A stretch of DNA of 41,126 bases from an uncultured Mycoplasma sp. (GCA_964538205.1 CAZIFN010000003.1:1-41126), one strand, 5' to 3'. Counted from the stretch's first letter, positions 1 to 13,659 are shown. The notes: generated by a model not told the origin, from the letters alone. Numbers and translations are program-made.

Positions 1-150
1 CTATTTTATCATGGAAAGATTTCCTATTTACACAGATTTATTTACAGACTCACACCGGTACAGCTTTTAAAATAATGTTGATTATCTGTCTTATACCTTT
101 ATGTTCCTAAAGGGAATTTTCGTTCGCTCTACTCCTCAATGAATCGTTAT

Positions 151-615
151 TTATCGCTCAATGCGGTAGTATTTGAATGTTCCATCTTCTCCGATAAAGT
201 GAAAGCCTACCTTTTCCAAAACGTGCTGACTTCGGGTGTTCTTCACAATGGTATCTGCATTGACTGCAACCATTCCCAGTTCATCAAAAGCATATTTTAC
301 CGCCAATCGCTCGGCTTGCGTTCCATAACCTTTTTCCTTCACAGTGTCGTTTTGCATGTGAATACTCAATGTACATTCTGCTTTTTCCTGGTTTATCTGC
401 TTCAGTTGCAATTCTCCAATCGGTTTTCCATCAAGCATTATAGCAAACATAATACGCGAAGGCTCATTTTTTGAATCAAAATACCGATCAACGGATGCTA
501 CATCATAAGAATATGGCTTGAAGAGGGACATATCCATGTAGATGGACGCATCATTGCTCCAGTCCTTATACAACTCATGACAAAGTTCTCTTGTCAATTT
601 CTTTAATTCAATCAT
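151..615 (-). CDS. GNAT family N-acetyltransferase (RimJ/RimL-like)
   Basis: 154 aa; acetyl-CoA motif KEKGYGT and C-terminal NTRSQHVLEKVGF; GAGGTG SD upstream; more GC-rich than host genes. Confidence 0.9.
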   Translation of the reverse strand: MIELKKLTRELCHELYKDWSNDASIYMDMSLFKPYSYDVASVDRYFDSKNEPSRIMFAIMLDGKPIGELQLKQINQEKAECTLSIHMQNDTVKEKGYGTQAERLAVKYAFDELGMVAVNADTIVKNTRSQHVLEKVGFHFIGEDGTFKYYRIER

Positions 616-710
616 TTTTCTATTTTCACCTCAACCCTAATTTACTTTATATCTTTATCAAATAAAGTATATCAGAAAATTGTTAAGAAATCTATCGCCC
701 ACACAATAAA

Positions 711-737
711 CGCTCGAACATTTTCGTCCGGGCGGTC
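711..737 (-). terminator. Probable intrinsic terminator after tnpV remnant
   Basis: Minus strand CGCCCGGAC-GAAAAT-GTTCGAGCG followed by TTTATT. Confidence 0.5.
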
Positions 738-742
738 CGATA

Positions 743-889
743 TCAATCATAAATCAGTTCAAACTTCACAATAGCTTCTGCCTGTGCCTTGCAAGCGTTC
801 ATCTGCCGTACCCATTCCATTTGGTTTTCGGCTTTCAGTTGCTCGGTCACGCCGTACTGCTTTGCCAGGTGCGGCACGATCAGCTCCAC
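743..889 (-). pseudogene. tnpV: 5'-truncated TnpV (transposon-associated protein) remnant
   Basis: Manual translation VELIVPHLAKQYGVTEQLKAENQMEWVRQMNACKAQAEAIVKFELIYD*, matching the TnpV C-terminal pattern GVTExLKAxxQMxWVxxMN; no N-terminal half; GC-rich codons. Confidence 0.8.
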
Positions 890-982
890 GGACAGAAAAC
901 TGTTTTACGACCGTCTGGATTTAGAAATGGTCTGTTTTTCTTTAAAAAAACAACACATATATGATATAATATATATAGAAGC

Positions 983-4022
<3,040 letters not shown>

Positions 4023-4071
4023 TTTGACTATTAAGCTAAAAAATGATATTATAATGCCACTATTTTAAGAA

Positions 4072-4812
4072 ATGGATGATTATCATATGAAAAAGAAAAA
4101 AATAAAAATAGAAGAGTATGAAGAATATGAAAATTACGAAGATTTAGAAGATGATATTAAAATAGATGAATACGAAGAATTAGATGATGATATTTTTGAA
4201 GAAGAAAATACTACTACACATAAAAATACATATTCTAAAATTAATAAAATAATAAATATTATATTTTATATTATTATAATTTTAATGATTATGGTAACAA
4301 TAGATATTATAAGTGTCTCGAGATATGATAAAGGACCATATTTTGCTATAAAAACAAAAGAATATAAAGATGGTGGAACAAAAGCCTATTATGGATTAGG
4401 CTATAAAGTTATAAAATATAATCAAACCCAAGGCAGAAGAGATATTGTACTTGGTTCCTGGTCACTAAAGTATTCAGTAGATCCTATAGAAATTGATGCA
4501 GTAGACTTAGCCATTGCGTATCAAAATAATGCCCAAGAAGCTTACCAGAAATACAACAAACAATTCCTAAGAATATCAGGCAAATATCAAAAATATAATA
4601 GTAAAGAAAATATACTAACCCTTGGTTATAAAGATCCGGATGAAAAGTATACGTTAAATATAGTATGTAAAATGGCAAAAGGTACCAAAATAAATAACTT
4701 AGATGAAAATACTAATATAACAATTATAGGTACAACATATGACTTTAAAGAAAAAACAAATAAGAGTTATAATAGCCTATATGTTAAAAACTGCTTTGCA
4801 GAAACAAATTAA
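4072..4812 (+). CDS. Membrane-anchored hypothetical protein: acidic N-terminus, one TM, possible C-terminal OB-fold (tRNA_anti-like)
   Basis: D/E-rich N-terminus, TM IINIIFYIIIILMIMV, then IDAVDLAIAYQNNAQEAYQKY..FLRISG; promoter TTGACT at 4024. Confidence 0.55.
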   Translation: MDDYHMKKKKIKIEEYEEYENYEDLEDDIKIDEYEELDDDIFEEENTTTHKNTYSKINKIINIIFYIIIILMIMVTIDIISVSRYDKGPYFAIKTKEYKDGGTKAYYGLGYKVIKYNQTQGRRDIVLGSWSLKYSVDPIEIDAVDLAIAYQNNAQEAYQKYNKQFLRISGKYQKYNSKENILTLGYKDPDEKYTLNIVCKMAKGTKINNLDENTNITIIGTTYDFKEKTNKSYNSLYVKNCFAETN

Positions 4813-4838
4813 CAAGTGTTAACGCATTTGTTTTTTTT
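4811..4838 (+). terminator. Intrinsic terminator
   Basis: AACAAGTG..CATTTGTT stem plus T-tract. Confidence 0.55.
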
Positions 4839-4908
4839 GCTACTTCTAATAAATTTACATATTAATTTATTCATGATATAATAAAAAAAGTTAAAGGAGG
4901 CCACCTTC

Positions 4909-5223
4909 ATGGAAGATAAATTAACAAAAGAAGAAGTGTTACACGTAGCCAATCTAGCTAGAATTGAAATTGATGAAGATGAAATAGCTATGTATCAAGT
5001 AAAATTAAAACAAATATTAAATGAAATAGAAAAAATTAACGAAGTAAATGTATATGATGAAGACATGTTAATATGTCCAACAGACAATAAATGTTCTTTG
5101 CGAGAAGATACAAAAGGAACGATGTTAGATCCAAAAGAAGTATTAAAAAACGTTCCAAGGCACAATGGAAATTATATTTCAGTTCCAAGAGTACTTGGTG
5201 AAAAGGGTGGTATGAGTGCATAA
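4909..5223 (+). CDS. gatC: Asp-tRNA(Asn)/Glu-tRNA(Gln) amidotransferase subunit C
   Basis: EEVLHVANLARI..LRED..YISVPRV; AAGGAGG SD; precedes gatAB. Confidence 0.97.
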   Translation: MEDKLTKEEVLHVANLARIEIDEDEIAMYQVKLKQILNEIEKINEVNVYDEDMLICPTDNKCSLREDTKGTMLDPKEVLKNVPRHNGNYISVPRVLGEKGGMSA

Positions 5224-6673
5224 ATATTTAGATTTATCATTAGTTGAAATTAATAAATTATTAAAAGAAAAAAAGATTAAGCCAAAGGACTTAGTCTTAG
5301 AATCATTTGAAAGAATTGAAAATGATAAAGACTTAAACTGTTTTATTACTTTGAATAAAGAAGAGGCTCTAAAACAAGCAGAAGAATTAGAAAATAAAGA
5401 AGTTGACTCTCTTACCTTTGGTATTCCAATAGCAATAAAAGACAATATTTTAACTAAAGGACTACGTACAACAGCAGCATCCAAAATGTTAGAAAACTTT
5501 GAACCGATCTATGATGCAGATGTTATAAAAAAAGTAAAAGATGCCAATATGATTATCATTGGAAAAACAAATATGGATGAGTTTGCCATGGGCTCTTCTA
5601 ATAGAACTTCATATTTTGGAGCTGTTAAAAACCCTTGGGATAAAAATAGAGTTCCTGGAGGATCATCTGGAGGAAATGCCGCAGCCATAAGTAAGAGAAT
5701 GATACCTTTCGCTCTTGGTTCTGATACAGGAGGTTCAATAAGACAACCAGCTTCCTTCTGCGGAATAGTCGGATTAAAACCTACCTATGGTCGTATTTCT
5801 CGTTATGGACTAATTGCTTTTGGCTCAAGCCTAGATCAAATAGGACCAATGACTAAGAACGTTTATGAAAATGCAGTACTTTTAAACACAATTTGTGGAA
5901 AAAGTGATAAAGATTTAACCTCAGTAGATACCAATGAAGATTTTACAAGACTAATAGGCAAAGAAATTACCAATTTAAAAATAGCTATTCCAAAATTTTA
6001 TGTAAATGACTCTATAGATCAAGAAATAAAAGATAAATTAAATAATGTAATTGAAATATTAAAAAAGAATAATTGTACAGTTGATTACGTAGATATAAAC
6101 TATATAGATAAAGCCGTACCATTGTATCAAATAATAGCCTTAGGAGAAGCAAGTTCTAATTTAGCCAGATTTGATGGTATACGTTACGGATATAGTTATG
6201 AGAATCCAAAAGATATTGAAGATTTATATTTAAAAACACGAAAAATAGGTTTTGGAGCAGAAGTAAAAAGACGTATTATGATAGGAAGCTATTTATTATC
6301 AGGAAAAAATGCCATAACATATTATAATAAAGCATTAGAAATAAGAGATGATATGCGAAAAAGTTTCTTAAAAACATTTGAAGATTATGACTTAGTGATA
6401 GGCCCAAACAATACAACAGTTGCTTATGAATTAGATAAAGGTCTAGATGATGCTATTAAGTCTTTTATGGACGATGTTTTAACAATTCCAGTAAATATGG
6501 CAGGCCTACCAGGATTAAGCTTACCAATAGGATTTAATAAAGAAAAATTACCAATCGGTATGCAAATAATAGCATCCCCATTCCAAGAAGCAAAAATTTA
6601 TCAACTTGCAAGTTTTATTGAAAAAGAATTAAACTTAGATTTAAATCCTAATGGAGGTGAAAATAATGAGTAG
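5216..6673 (+). CDS. gatA: Amidotransferase subunit A
   Basis: Amidase signature GKTNMDEFAMG, PGGSSGG, GSDTGGSIRQPA; GTG start. Confidence 0.98.
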   Translation: MHKYLDLSLVEINKLLKEKKIKPKDLVLESFERIENDKDLNCFITLNKEEALKQAEELENKEVDSLTFGIPIAIKDNILTKGLRTTAASKMLENFEPIYDADVIKKVKDANMIIIGKTNMDEFAMGSSNRTSYFGAVKNPWDKNRVPGGSSGGNAAAISKRMIPFALGSDTGGSIRQPASFCGIVGLKPTYGRISRYGLIAFGSSLDQIGPMTKNVYENAVLLNTICGKSDKDLTSVDTNEDFTRLIGKEITNLKIAIPKFYVNDSIDQEIKDKLNNVIEILKKNNCTVDYVDINYIDKAVPLYQIIALGEASSNLARFDGIRYGYSYENPKDIEDLYLKTRKIGFGAEVKRRIMIGSYLLSGKNAITYYNKALEIRDDMRKSFLKTFEDYDLVIGPNNTTVAYELDKGLDDAIKSFMDDVLTIPVNMAGLPGLSLPIGFNKEKLPIGMQIIASPFQEAKIYQLASFIEKELNLDLNPNGGENNE

Positions 6674-8087
6674 TTACATACCTACAATTGGTATTGAAGT
6701 ACACGTAGAATTAAAAACAAATACCAAAATATTTTCTGATTCCATAAATGGTTATGGACAAATGGCTAACTCCTTAACTAATGTTATTGACTTAGGATAT
6801 CCAGGTACTTTACCAACAGTAAATAAAGAAGTTATAAACTTAGCGATAAAAGCAGCAACAGTATTAAACTGTAAAATAAGAAAAATAATGCATTTTGACA
6901 GAAAAAATTATTTTTATCCAGATAATCCAAAAAACTTTCAGATAACTCAATCTAGAACACCGATAGGATATGATGGCTATGTAGAAATTGAAGTAAATGG
7001 TATACCTAAAAAAATAGAAATATTAGAAATGCATATTGAAGAAGATACATGTAAAAGTACTCATCGAAGCGATAAAACTTTACTTGACTTTAATAGAGCA
7101 GGTGTACCATTAATAGAAATTGTTACTAAACCTTGCATTAGTAGTAGTACTGAAGCAAAACTATATTTAGAAAAATTAAAAGAACTTCTATTTTATACAG
7201 GAATAAGTGACTGTAAAATGGAAGAAGGATCGATGAGATGTGATGCTAATGTTTCCATTAGAAAAAATGAAAATGATCCATACGGTACAAAATGTGAAAT
7301 AAAAAATATTGGCTCAATTTCTAATGTTGGTTTAAGTATTGAAAAAGAAATAATTCGTCAGGCAAAACTGTTAGATGCTAACAAAACATTTAAAGAAGAA
7401 ACAAGACGTTATGATGATAAATTAGGAGATACAGTATTAATGCGTGTTAAAGAAACAGGCAATGATTATCGTTATTTTCCAGAACCAGATATCCCTTATC
7501 TCTACATTACAGATGAGATGATTGATGAAGTAAAAAAGACAATAGAAATGCTACCAGATGAAAGAAAAAAAGCATATATTTCAAAAGGTGTAACAGAATC
7601 TAATGCTAAAAAATTAATTCAAAATAAAAGCTTAAGCGATTTCTTTAATTTATTACTTGATGAAAAAACAGATTTCAAAGTAGCAAGCAATCTTCTTTTA
7701 GGTGATATTTCTGCATACTTAAACAAGAATGAAAAACTAATAACAGAAACAACATTAACAAAAGAACGCTTTTTAGAACTAGTTTCTAAAGTATCAGACA
7801 GTACTTTAACAAGTAAAAATTTAAAAGACATCTTAGAAAAAGTTTTAGAAGAAGAAAAGACAATTTCAGATATTATTAAAGAATCTGGAATAGAAAATAT
7901 AACCGATGATAGAGCACTAAGAAAAATCATAAAAACTATAATTTCAGAAAATGAAGCAACTGTAAATGACTATAAAACTGGTCACGATCGAGCAATAAAA
8001 TTCTTCATGGGTCAAATAATGAAAGAAACAAAAGGTAGTGCTAATCCTAAATTAGCTATGGATATTTTAAAAGAAGAACTACAGTAA
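6666..8087 (+). CDS. gatB: Amidotransferase subunit B
   Basis: IGIEVHVEL, FDRKNYFYPD, EGSMRCDANVS, YRYFPEPD; start moved to ATG 6666 behind a GGAGGTG SD. Confidence 0.98.
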   Translation: MSSYIPTIGIEVHVELKTNTKIFSDSINGYGQMANSLTNVIDLGYPGTLPTVNKEVINLAIKAATVLNCKIRKIMHFDRKNYFYPDNPKNFQITQSRTPIGYDGYVEIEVNGIPKKIEILEMHIEEDTCKSTHRSDKTLLDFNRAGVPLIEIVTKPCISSSTEAKLYLEKLKELLFYTGISDCKMEEGSMRCDANVSIRKNENDPYGTKCEIKNIGSISNVGLSIEKEIIRQAKLLDANKTFKEETRRYDDKLGDTVLMRVKETGNDYRYFPEPDIPYLYITDEMIDEVKKTIEMLPDERKKAYISKGVTESNAKKLIQNKSLSDFFNLLLDEKTDFKVASNLLLGDISAYLNKNEKLITETTLTKERFLELVSKVSDSTLTSKNLKDILEKVLEEEKTISDIIKESGIENITDDRALRKIIKTIISENEATVNDYKTGHDRAIKFFMGQIMKETKGSANPKLAMDILKEELQ

Positions 8088-8146
8088 TTAAGCAATTGAA
8101 AAAGACTATATGATAGTGTATAATTAAAATACTAGGATGTGATAAT

Positions 8147-8608
8147 ATGAAATATATAAAGAAAAATAAAAAAACCTTTATAGCAATAGGAATATTTTTA
8201 ATATTTGTAGCTCTACTAATTCCTATAAAATTAACTTTCTTTCCAGATAAAGGAAAAGCTATTTATGGTGATAGATTAAAAGGAATAGAAAACGTAAAAA
8301 TAACAGATAGTGATTTAAAAAAAGTAGAAACAGCACTAAAAGATAAACCTGTTGTTTCAACTAGTACACGTATTTCTGGAAAAACTGTAGAAATAATTAT
8401 TACTGTAGAAGCAGAAGTGTCTTTAGATGTTGCTAAAGAAATAGGTAATGAAGCTATAGGGCCATTTAAAGATAATCAAAAATCATACTATGACTTTCAA
8501 ATCTTTATAACTAAGGAAACAGAATCAACCGAGTTTCCGATAATAGGTTATAAACAACATAACTTATCAAAAATAACTTGGACTAAAGATAGAACAGGAA
8601 GTGCCTAA
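8147..8608 (+). CDS. Membrane-anchored hypothetical protein
   Basis: N-terminal basic plus hydrophobic anchor; stop abuts the ATG of the next gene. Confidence 0.6.
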   Translation: MKYIKKNKKTFIAIGIFLIFVALLIPIKLTFFPDKGKAIYGDRLKGIENVKITDSDLKKVETALKDKPVVSTSTRISGKTVEIIITVEAEVSLDVAKEIGNEAIGPFKDNQKSYYDFQIFITKETESTEFPIIGYKQHNLSKITWTKDRTGSA

Positions 8609-10651
8609 ATGAAGAAAAAGTTTCTAATATTTATAATACCAATTATAATCGCAACAATATTATTTGTTGTTGTATATAGATATTATAATAAAGAAGATAA
8701 AACAACAACTTTAACAATAAATGAAAAACGCTGGGTAGAAAAGAATAAAGATGTAACCTATGACTTTGAAGTAATCAATGATTACCCTTTATATGGAAAC
8801 AATGGCGAAGGAGTAATATTTAATTTTCTAGATGATTTTGAAGAAAATGTTGGAATAGAATTTAATAGAATTCCATACTTAAAAACATCAACACCAACAA
8901 CTGATAGTTTTAGAATTGAAATATTAGATAACAATACAAAATTAAAAGACAAAAATCTATTTCTATTTAATGACAACTACATTGTCGTTGGTAAAGAATA
9001 TGAAAGAATAAATAGTACTAAAGATATGCATAATATAATCTTTGGAGTATTTGAAGAAGATGCAGAGGAAATAAGTTATTATTTAAAAGGCGGAACTAGT
9101 CTATCATATAAATCATACGAAAATATTACAGATTTATATAAAGCTTTAGATGATGAAGAAGTAAATATGATTGTAGTTCCTAACATTATGTATCTAGATT
9201 ATACAATAGAAAAAGATAAGTATTATATAAACTATTATCTAACAGAGATGAAAAAACAAATAGTCTTAACTTTAAGTGATAATAATAAAGAATTAAATAA
9301 AATAGTTACAAAATATTATAATAAATGGCGACTAACAGAATATACAAAAGAATATAATCAAGCTTATTTAGACTACTATTTCCTAAAAAATGATTTAAGT
9401 GCTAAAACAAAAGCTTCACTTGTATCAAAAGACTATACATATGGCTTTGTTACTAATGCTCCATATGAAGTATTAGTAAATGGAAAATTAGCCGGTATAG
9501 CTGGAGAATATATTGATAGAATGTCTAGATTAGCTGATATTAACTTTAAATATAAAGAATATAAAACTAAAGATGAATTACAAAAAGCAATTGACTCAGG
9601 TGAAATAGATGTATACTTTGATTATTATAATTATAATAATGATAAGTACTATGCAACTTTATCTACATTCATAGAACAATATGTAGTTTTAGGTTATCAA
9701 AAAGATAATCATATAGTTAATTCATTTGAAAGCCTAAAAGGTCAAGATATAGTAATGTTAAAAGAAGATTCTTTATATAATTACTTTTCAACAAATTCAA
9801 GAGCAAATATAACTGGTTATGATAGTATTGATAAACTATTATCAAAAGCTGGAAATAAATTAATAGTTTTAGATAGAGAAATTTATAATAACTATCAAAC
9901 AACAAAATTTAAAAAATATAACTTACTATACATGGATACAATGCTTAACGATTATAAATTTATGGTAAAGAAAAACAATGAAGCTTTTTATGATTTGTTT
10001 AACTATATTATTAATACAAATTCTTACTATAATTATCGTAATGCTGGAATAGAAAATCTTCATGCCTCTATTCTAGAAGACTCAACACTTGAACAAGTTT
10101 ATACTATAGTTTTAGCAATAGTATTCATTCCTTTAATAATACTACTATTGATTTATCTAATATTTAAAAGAAAACGTAAAGTAAAAAAAGTAAAAGTAAG
10201 TGAAAGACATAAATACACTGATATGCTAACATCCTTAAAAAATAGAAATTACCTAAATGCAAAAGTACCAGAATGGGAAGAGTGTAAAGTATATCCTCAG
10301 GCAATTGTCATGGTTGACTTAAATAATGTTAAATATGTTAACGATAACTTTGGACATGAAGAGGGAGATCAGTTAATAATAAAAGCAGCTGGTATTTTAG
10401 TAAATACACAGTTAGAAAATAGTGAAATTATTCGTACTGATGGAAATGAGTTTTTAATATATTTATTAGGCTATAGCGAAAGACAAGTTGAAACTTATAC
10501 TAAAAAGATTGCCAAAGAAATGAAAAACTTACCTCATGAATTTGGAGCAGCCGTTGGTTATAGTATGATTTTAGATAAAATAAAAACTTTAGATGATGCT
10601 ATAAATGAAGCTACACTACAGATGATAGAAAACAAAGAAGATTTAAAATAA
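8609..10651 (+). CDS. Membrane sensor with extracellular solute-binding domains and a degenerate GGDEF domain
   Basis: N-terminal TM, SBP-like motifs (NDYPLY, TNAPYE..LAGIAGEY), second TM, DMLTSLKNR, DLNNVKYVNDNFGHEEGD, signature RTDGNEF. Confidence 0.85.
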   Translation: MKKKFLIFIIPIIIATILFVVVYRYYNKEDKTTTLTINEKRWVEKNKDVTYDFEVINDYPLYGNNGEGVIFNFLDDFEENVGIEFNRIPYLKTSTPTTDSFRIEILDNNTKLKDKNLFLFNDNYIVVGKEYERINSTKDMHNIIFGVFEEDAEEISYYLKGGTSLSYKSYENITDLYKALDDEEVNMIVVPNIMYLDYTIEKDKYYINYYLTEMKKQIVLTLSDNNKELNKIVTKYYNKWRLTEYTKEYNQAYLDYYFLKNDLSAKTKASLVSKDYTYGFVTNAPYEVLVNGKLAGIAGEYIDRMSRLADINFKYKEYKTKDELQKAIDSGEIDVYFDYYNYNNDKYYATLSTFIEQYVVLGYQKDNHIVNSFESLKGQDIVMLKEDSLYNYFSTNSRANITGYDSIDKLLSKAGNKLIVLDREIYNNYQTTKFKKYNLLYMDTMLNDYKFMVKKNNEAFYDLFNYIINTNSYYNYRNAGIENLHASILEDSTLEQVYTIVLAIVFIPLIILLLIYLIFKRKRKVKKVKVSERHKYTDMLTSLKNRNYLNAKVPEWEECKVYPQAIVMVDLNNVKYVNDNFGHEEGDQLIIKAAGILVNTQLENSEIIRTDGNEFLIYLLGYSERQVETYTKKIAKEMKNLPHEFGAAVGYSMILDKIKTLDDAINEATLQMIENKEDLK

Positions 10652-10665
10652 GAGGTTGATATAAT

Positions 10666-11484
10666 ATGGAGCGAGCCAAAGAATTCTTAAAAAAAGCAAT
10701 TGAACTAATTAAAAAGCCAGAGATGAGAATATTACCAGGAAATCTCGCTTTTTTCTTTGTTATGTCATTAATACCAATAATTGCTTTACTTGGTGCTATC
10801 GCATCTAAGTTTTCAATATCATTAGATACTATCAAGGATACATTAGAAATATCAATACCAATAGGAGTAGAAGAATTTATTCGTAGTATTCTCTCTGGTG
10901 AAGGTCTAAACTTTAATATTGGTGTATTCTTTATATCAGCATTTATTCTAGCCTCTAATGGAACACACTCAATAATAATAGCATCAAACGAAATATATAA
11001 AATTAAACCAAGAGATATAATTAGAAGAAGAACTAAAGCAGTCCTAATGACTATTGTCTTAGTAGAAATCATTTTCTTTCTCCTAATAGTACCTGTATTT
11101 GGAGATACAATTTTTAACCTACTAAAAGAACATTTTGGTAATAACAATACAACAGAAATATTATATAGAATATATAAACTATTAAAATATCCATTAAGTA
11201 TAATTATTATCTACTTCAATATAAAACTAATATATATAATAGCTCCAGATGAAGAAATTGATAGTAACACAACAACAAAAGGAGCAATCTTCACAACAAT
11301 AAGTTGGATAATTTGTTCCGAAATATATTCATTTTACTTAGATACTTTTACGAAATATGATATATTCTATGGAAGTATTTCAAACATAATTATTCTCTTA
11401 CTCTGGGTATATATGCTAGCATATATATTCGTCTTAGGCTTAATAATTAATGCTGGTAGTTATCGAAATAATAAAAATATCTAA
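10666..11484 (+). CDS. YihY/BrkB family membrane protein
   Basis: GNLAFFFVMSLIP, YDIFYGSISNIIILLLWVY; about 6 TM segments. Confidence 0.9.
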   Translation: MERAKEFLKKAIELIKKPEMRILPGNLAFFFVMSLIPIIALLGAIASKFSISLDTIKDTLEISIPIGVEEFIRSILSGEGLNFNIGVFFISAFILASNGTHSIIIASNEIYKIKPRDIIRRRTKAVLMTIVLVEIIFFLLIVPVFGDTIFNLLKEHFGNNNTTEILYRIYKLLKYPLSIIIIYFNIKLIYIIAPDEEIDSNTTTKGAIFTTISWIICSEIYSFYLDTFTKYDIFYGSISNIIILLLWVYMLAYIFVLGLIINAGSYRNNKNI

Positions 11485-11512
11485 AAAGCCAAAATATTAT
11501 GGCTTTCTTTTT
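11485..11512 (+). terminator. Intrinsic terminator
   Basis: AAAGCCA..TGGCTTT plus T-tract. Confidence 0.6.
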
Positions 11513-11570
11513 CTATAGAATTGAAAAATAAATACGATAATGCTATAATATAGACTAGTGAGGTTATAAT

Positions 11571-13658
11571 ATGAATAGAATAAAATATAGATTAAAAAGA
11601 ACAAAAAACAAAATTATTTCAAATATAAAGAAAGCAAAGAACGAACATATAATTCGTAAATATATAAACAATAATAAACTATTTTTAACTTATGTTATTA
11701 CTTGTTTACTTAATGCTACAATGCTACGCTTCTTTTGTATTCATAGCGTTGCTAATTATTTATCAATAAAAGCAGTCATGGGTGACTTAGCAATTATTAT
11801 TATATTAGGTTCATTTGGATACCTATGTCATCCTAAAAATAGATTTACATATTATTTAATACTAGATATATTCCTAAGTGCAATATGTATGATTAACTCA
11901 GTATATTATACCTTTTACTCATCATTTGCCTCAGTATCAATGCTATCACTTACACAATATATAGGTGATGTAGGAGATGCAGTCGTAGAAAATGTCTTAC
12001 AATTAAAAGACTTAGTATACATAATAGGACCTTTAGTATTAATATTTGTTCATCTTAAGTTAAAAAAGAAAAACTATTATAAAAAAATAGAAGTAAAAAC
12101 AGAACGAAAAAAGAAGATGACAAGAACTCTTATTTCAGGAGCAGCAGTACTAGGATTATTCATAGTAACTTTAAGCTCTCTTGATGTAACAAGATTTGTC
12201 AAACAATGGAATAAAGAATATATTGTAATGCGTTTCGGTATATATATATACCAAAGTAATGATTTAATTACTTCGATACAACCAAAACTAAACTCAATGT
12301 TTGGCTATGATAAAGCAAAAAAGAACTTTAATGAATACTTTGAAAATAAAGAAGAGCCAAAGACTAATAAATATACTGGAATATTTAAAGGTAAAAACAT
12401 ATTAGTAATTCATGCTGAAAGTATTCAAAATAACGTAATAGATTTGGAATTTAATGGAGAAGAAGTAAGTCCTACTTTAAATAAATTAGCTCATGAGGGA
12501 ATGTATTTTTCTAATTATTATTCACAAGTTAGTGTTGGAACAAGTAGTGATACAGAATTAACATTCTCAACATCATTAATGCCAACAAAGTCAGGAACAG
12601 CATTCGTTTCATACTCAAATAGAACGTATAACTCTATACCTAAATTATTAAGTGAACAAGGATATTATACATTTAGTATGCATGCTAATAATGCTGACTT
12701 TTGGAATCGTCGTACTATGCATAATAGTCTAGGTTATCAAAGATTTTATAGTAAAAAAGATTACAAAGTAACTTCTGAAAACACTATTGGATTAGGTTTA
12801 TCAGATAAAGAATTTTTCAAACAATCAATACCAAAATTAGTAGAAATAAATGAAACATATGATAACTGGTACGGACTAATGATTATGTTAACCAATCATA
12901 CACCATTCTCAGACACAGAAAAATATGGAGAATATGCAGTTGATATGAAAGAAACAATTACTAATGATGATGGAACAACAGAAGAAATATCACATCCATA
13001 TATGGAAGGTACAAAGCTTGGTAATTACTTTAAATCCGTACATTATGCAGATAGTGCCTTAGGTCAATTACTTGAAGATTTAGACTCTAATGGATTACTA
13101 GATAATACAATTGTTGTTTTATATGGTGATCACGATGCTAGATTACCAAGAAAAGAATATAATTTATTATATAATTATGATAAAGAAACAGACTCACTTT
13201 TAGATAAAGATGATCCAAACTATAAAGAATATGATACATATCAATATGAACTAGGTAGAAAAGTACCATTTATAATTTGGAGTAAAGATATGGCTGGTAC
13301 AAAATACAATCAAGAAATAACAGAAGTTATGGGAATGTATGATGCCATGCCAACATTAGGAAATATGTTTGGTTTCTATAATGAATATCAGTTAGGTAAT
13401 GATATATTCAATGTACTTGGCAGCAATATAGTATGTTTTCCAAATGGAAACTGGGTAACTAATAAAGCATATTATAATAGCCAAAAAGTAGAATATTTAT
13501 CATTAAATGGAGAAGCAATCAGTGAAGAAGAAATAAAGAAAAACACAGAATATACCAATAACTTATTAGATGTTTCAAATGATATAATAGTATTTGATCT
13601 TCTAGCAAAAGAAGAAGAAAATGAAGCAATAATGGATCAATTAGAGAAAGGAAATTAA
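11571..13658 (+). CDS. ltaS: Lipoteichoic acid synthase family protein (LtaS-like)
   Basis: About 5 N-terminal TMs; NILVIHAES, SQVSVGTSSDTE, HANNADFWNR, TNHTPF, YGDH. Confidence 0.88.
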   Translation: MNRIKYRLKRTKNKIISNIKKAKNEHIIRKYINNNKLFLTYVITCLLNATMLRFFCIHSVANYLSIKAVMGDLAIIIILGSFGYLCHPKNRFTYYLILDIFLSAICMINSVYYTFYSSFASVSMLSLTQYIGDVGDAVVENVLQLKDLVYIIGPLVLIFVHLKLKKKNYYKKIEVKTERKKKMTRTLISGAAVLGLFIVTLSSLDVTRFVKQWNKEYIVMRFGIYIYQSNDLITSIQPKLNSMFGYDKAKKNFNEYFENKEEPKTNKYTGIFKGKNILVIHAESIQNNVIDLEFNGEEVSPTLNKLAHEGMYFSNYYSQVSVGTSSDTELTFSTSLMPTKSGTAFVSYSNRTYNSIPKLLSEQGYYTFSMHANNADFWNRRTMHNSLGYQRFYSKKDYKVTSENTIGLGLSDKEFFKQSIPKLVEINETYDNWYGLMIMLTNHTPFSDTEKYGEYAVDMKETITNDDGTTEEISHPYMEGTKLGNYFKSVHYADSALGQLLEDLDSNGLLDNTIVVLYGDHDARLPRKEYNLLYNYDKETDSLLDKDDPNYKEYDTYQYELGRKVPFIIWSKDMAGTKYNQEITEVMGMYDAMPTLGNMFGFYNEYQLGNDIFNVLGSNIVCFPNGNWVTNKAYYNSQKVEYLSLNGEAISEEEIKKNTEYTNNLLDVSNDIIVFDLLAKEEENEAIMDQLEKGN

Positions 13659-13659
13659 T

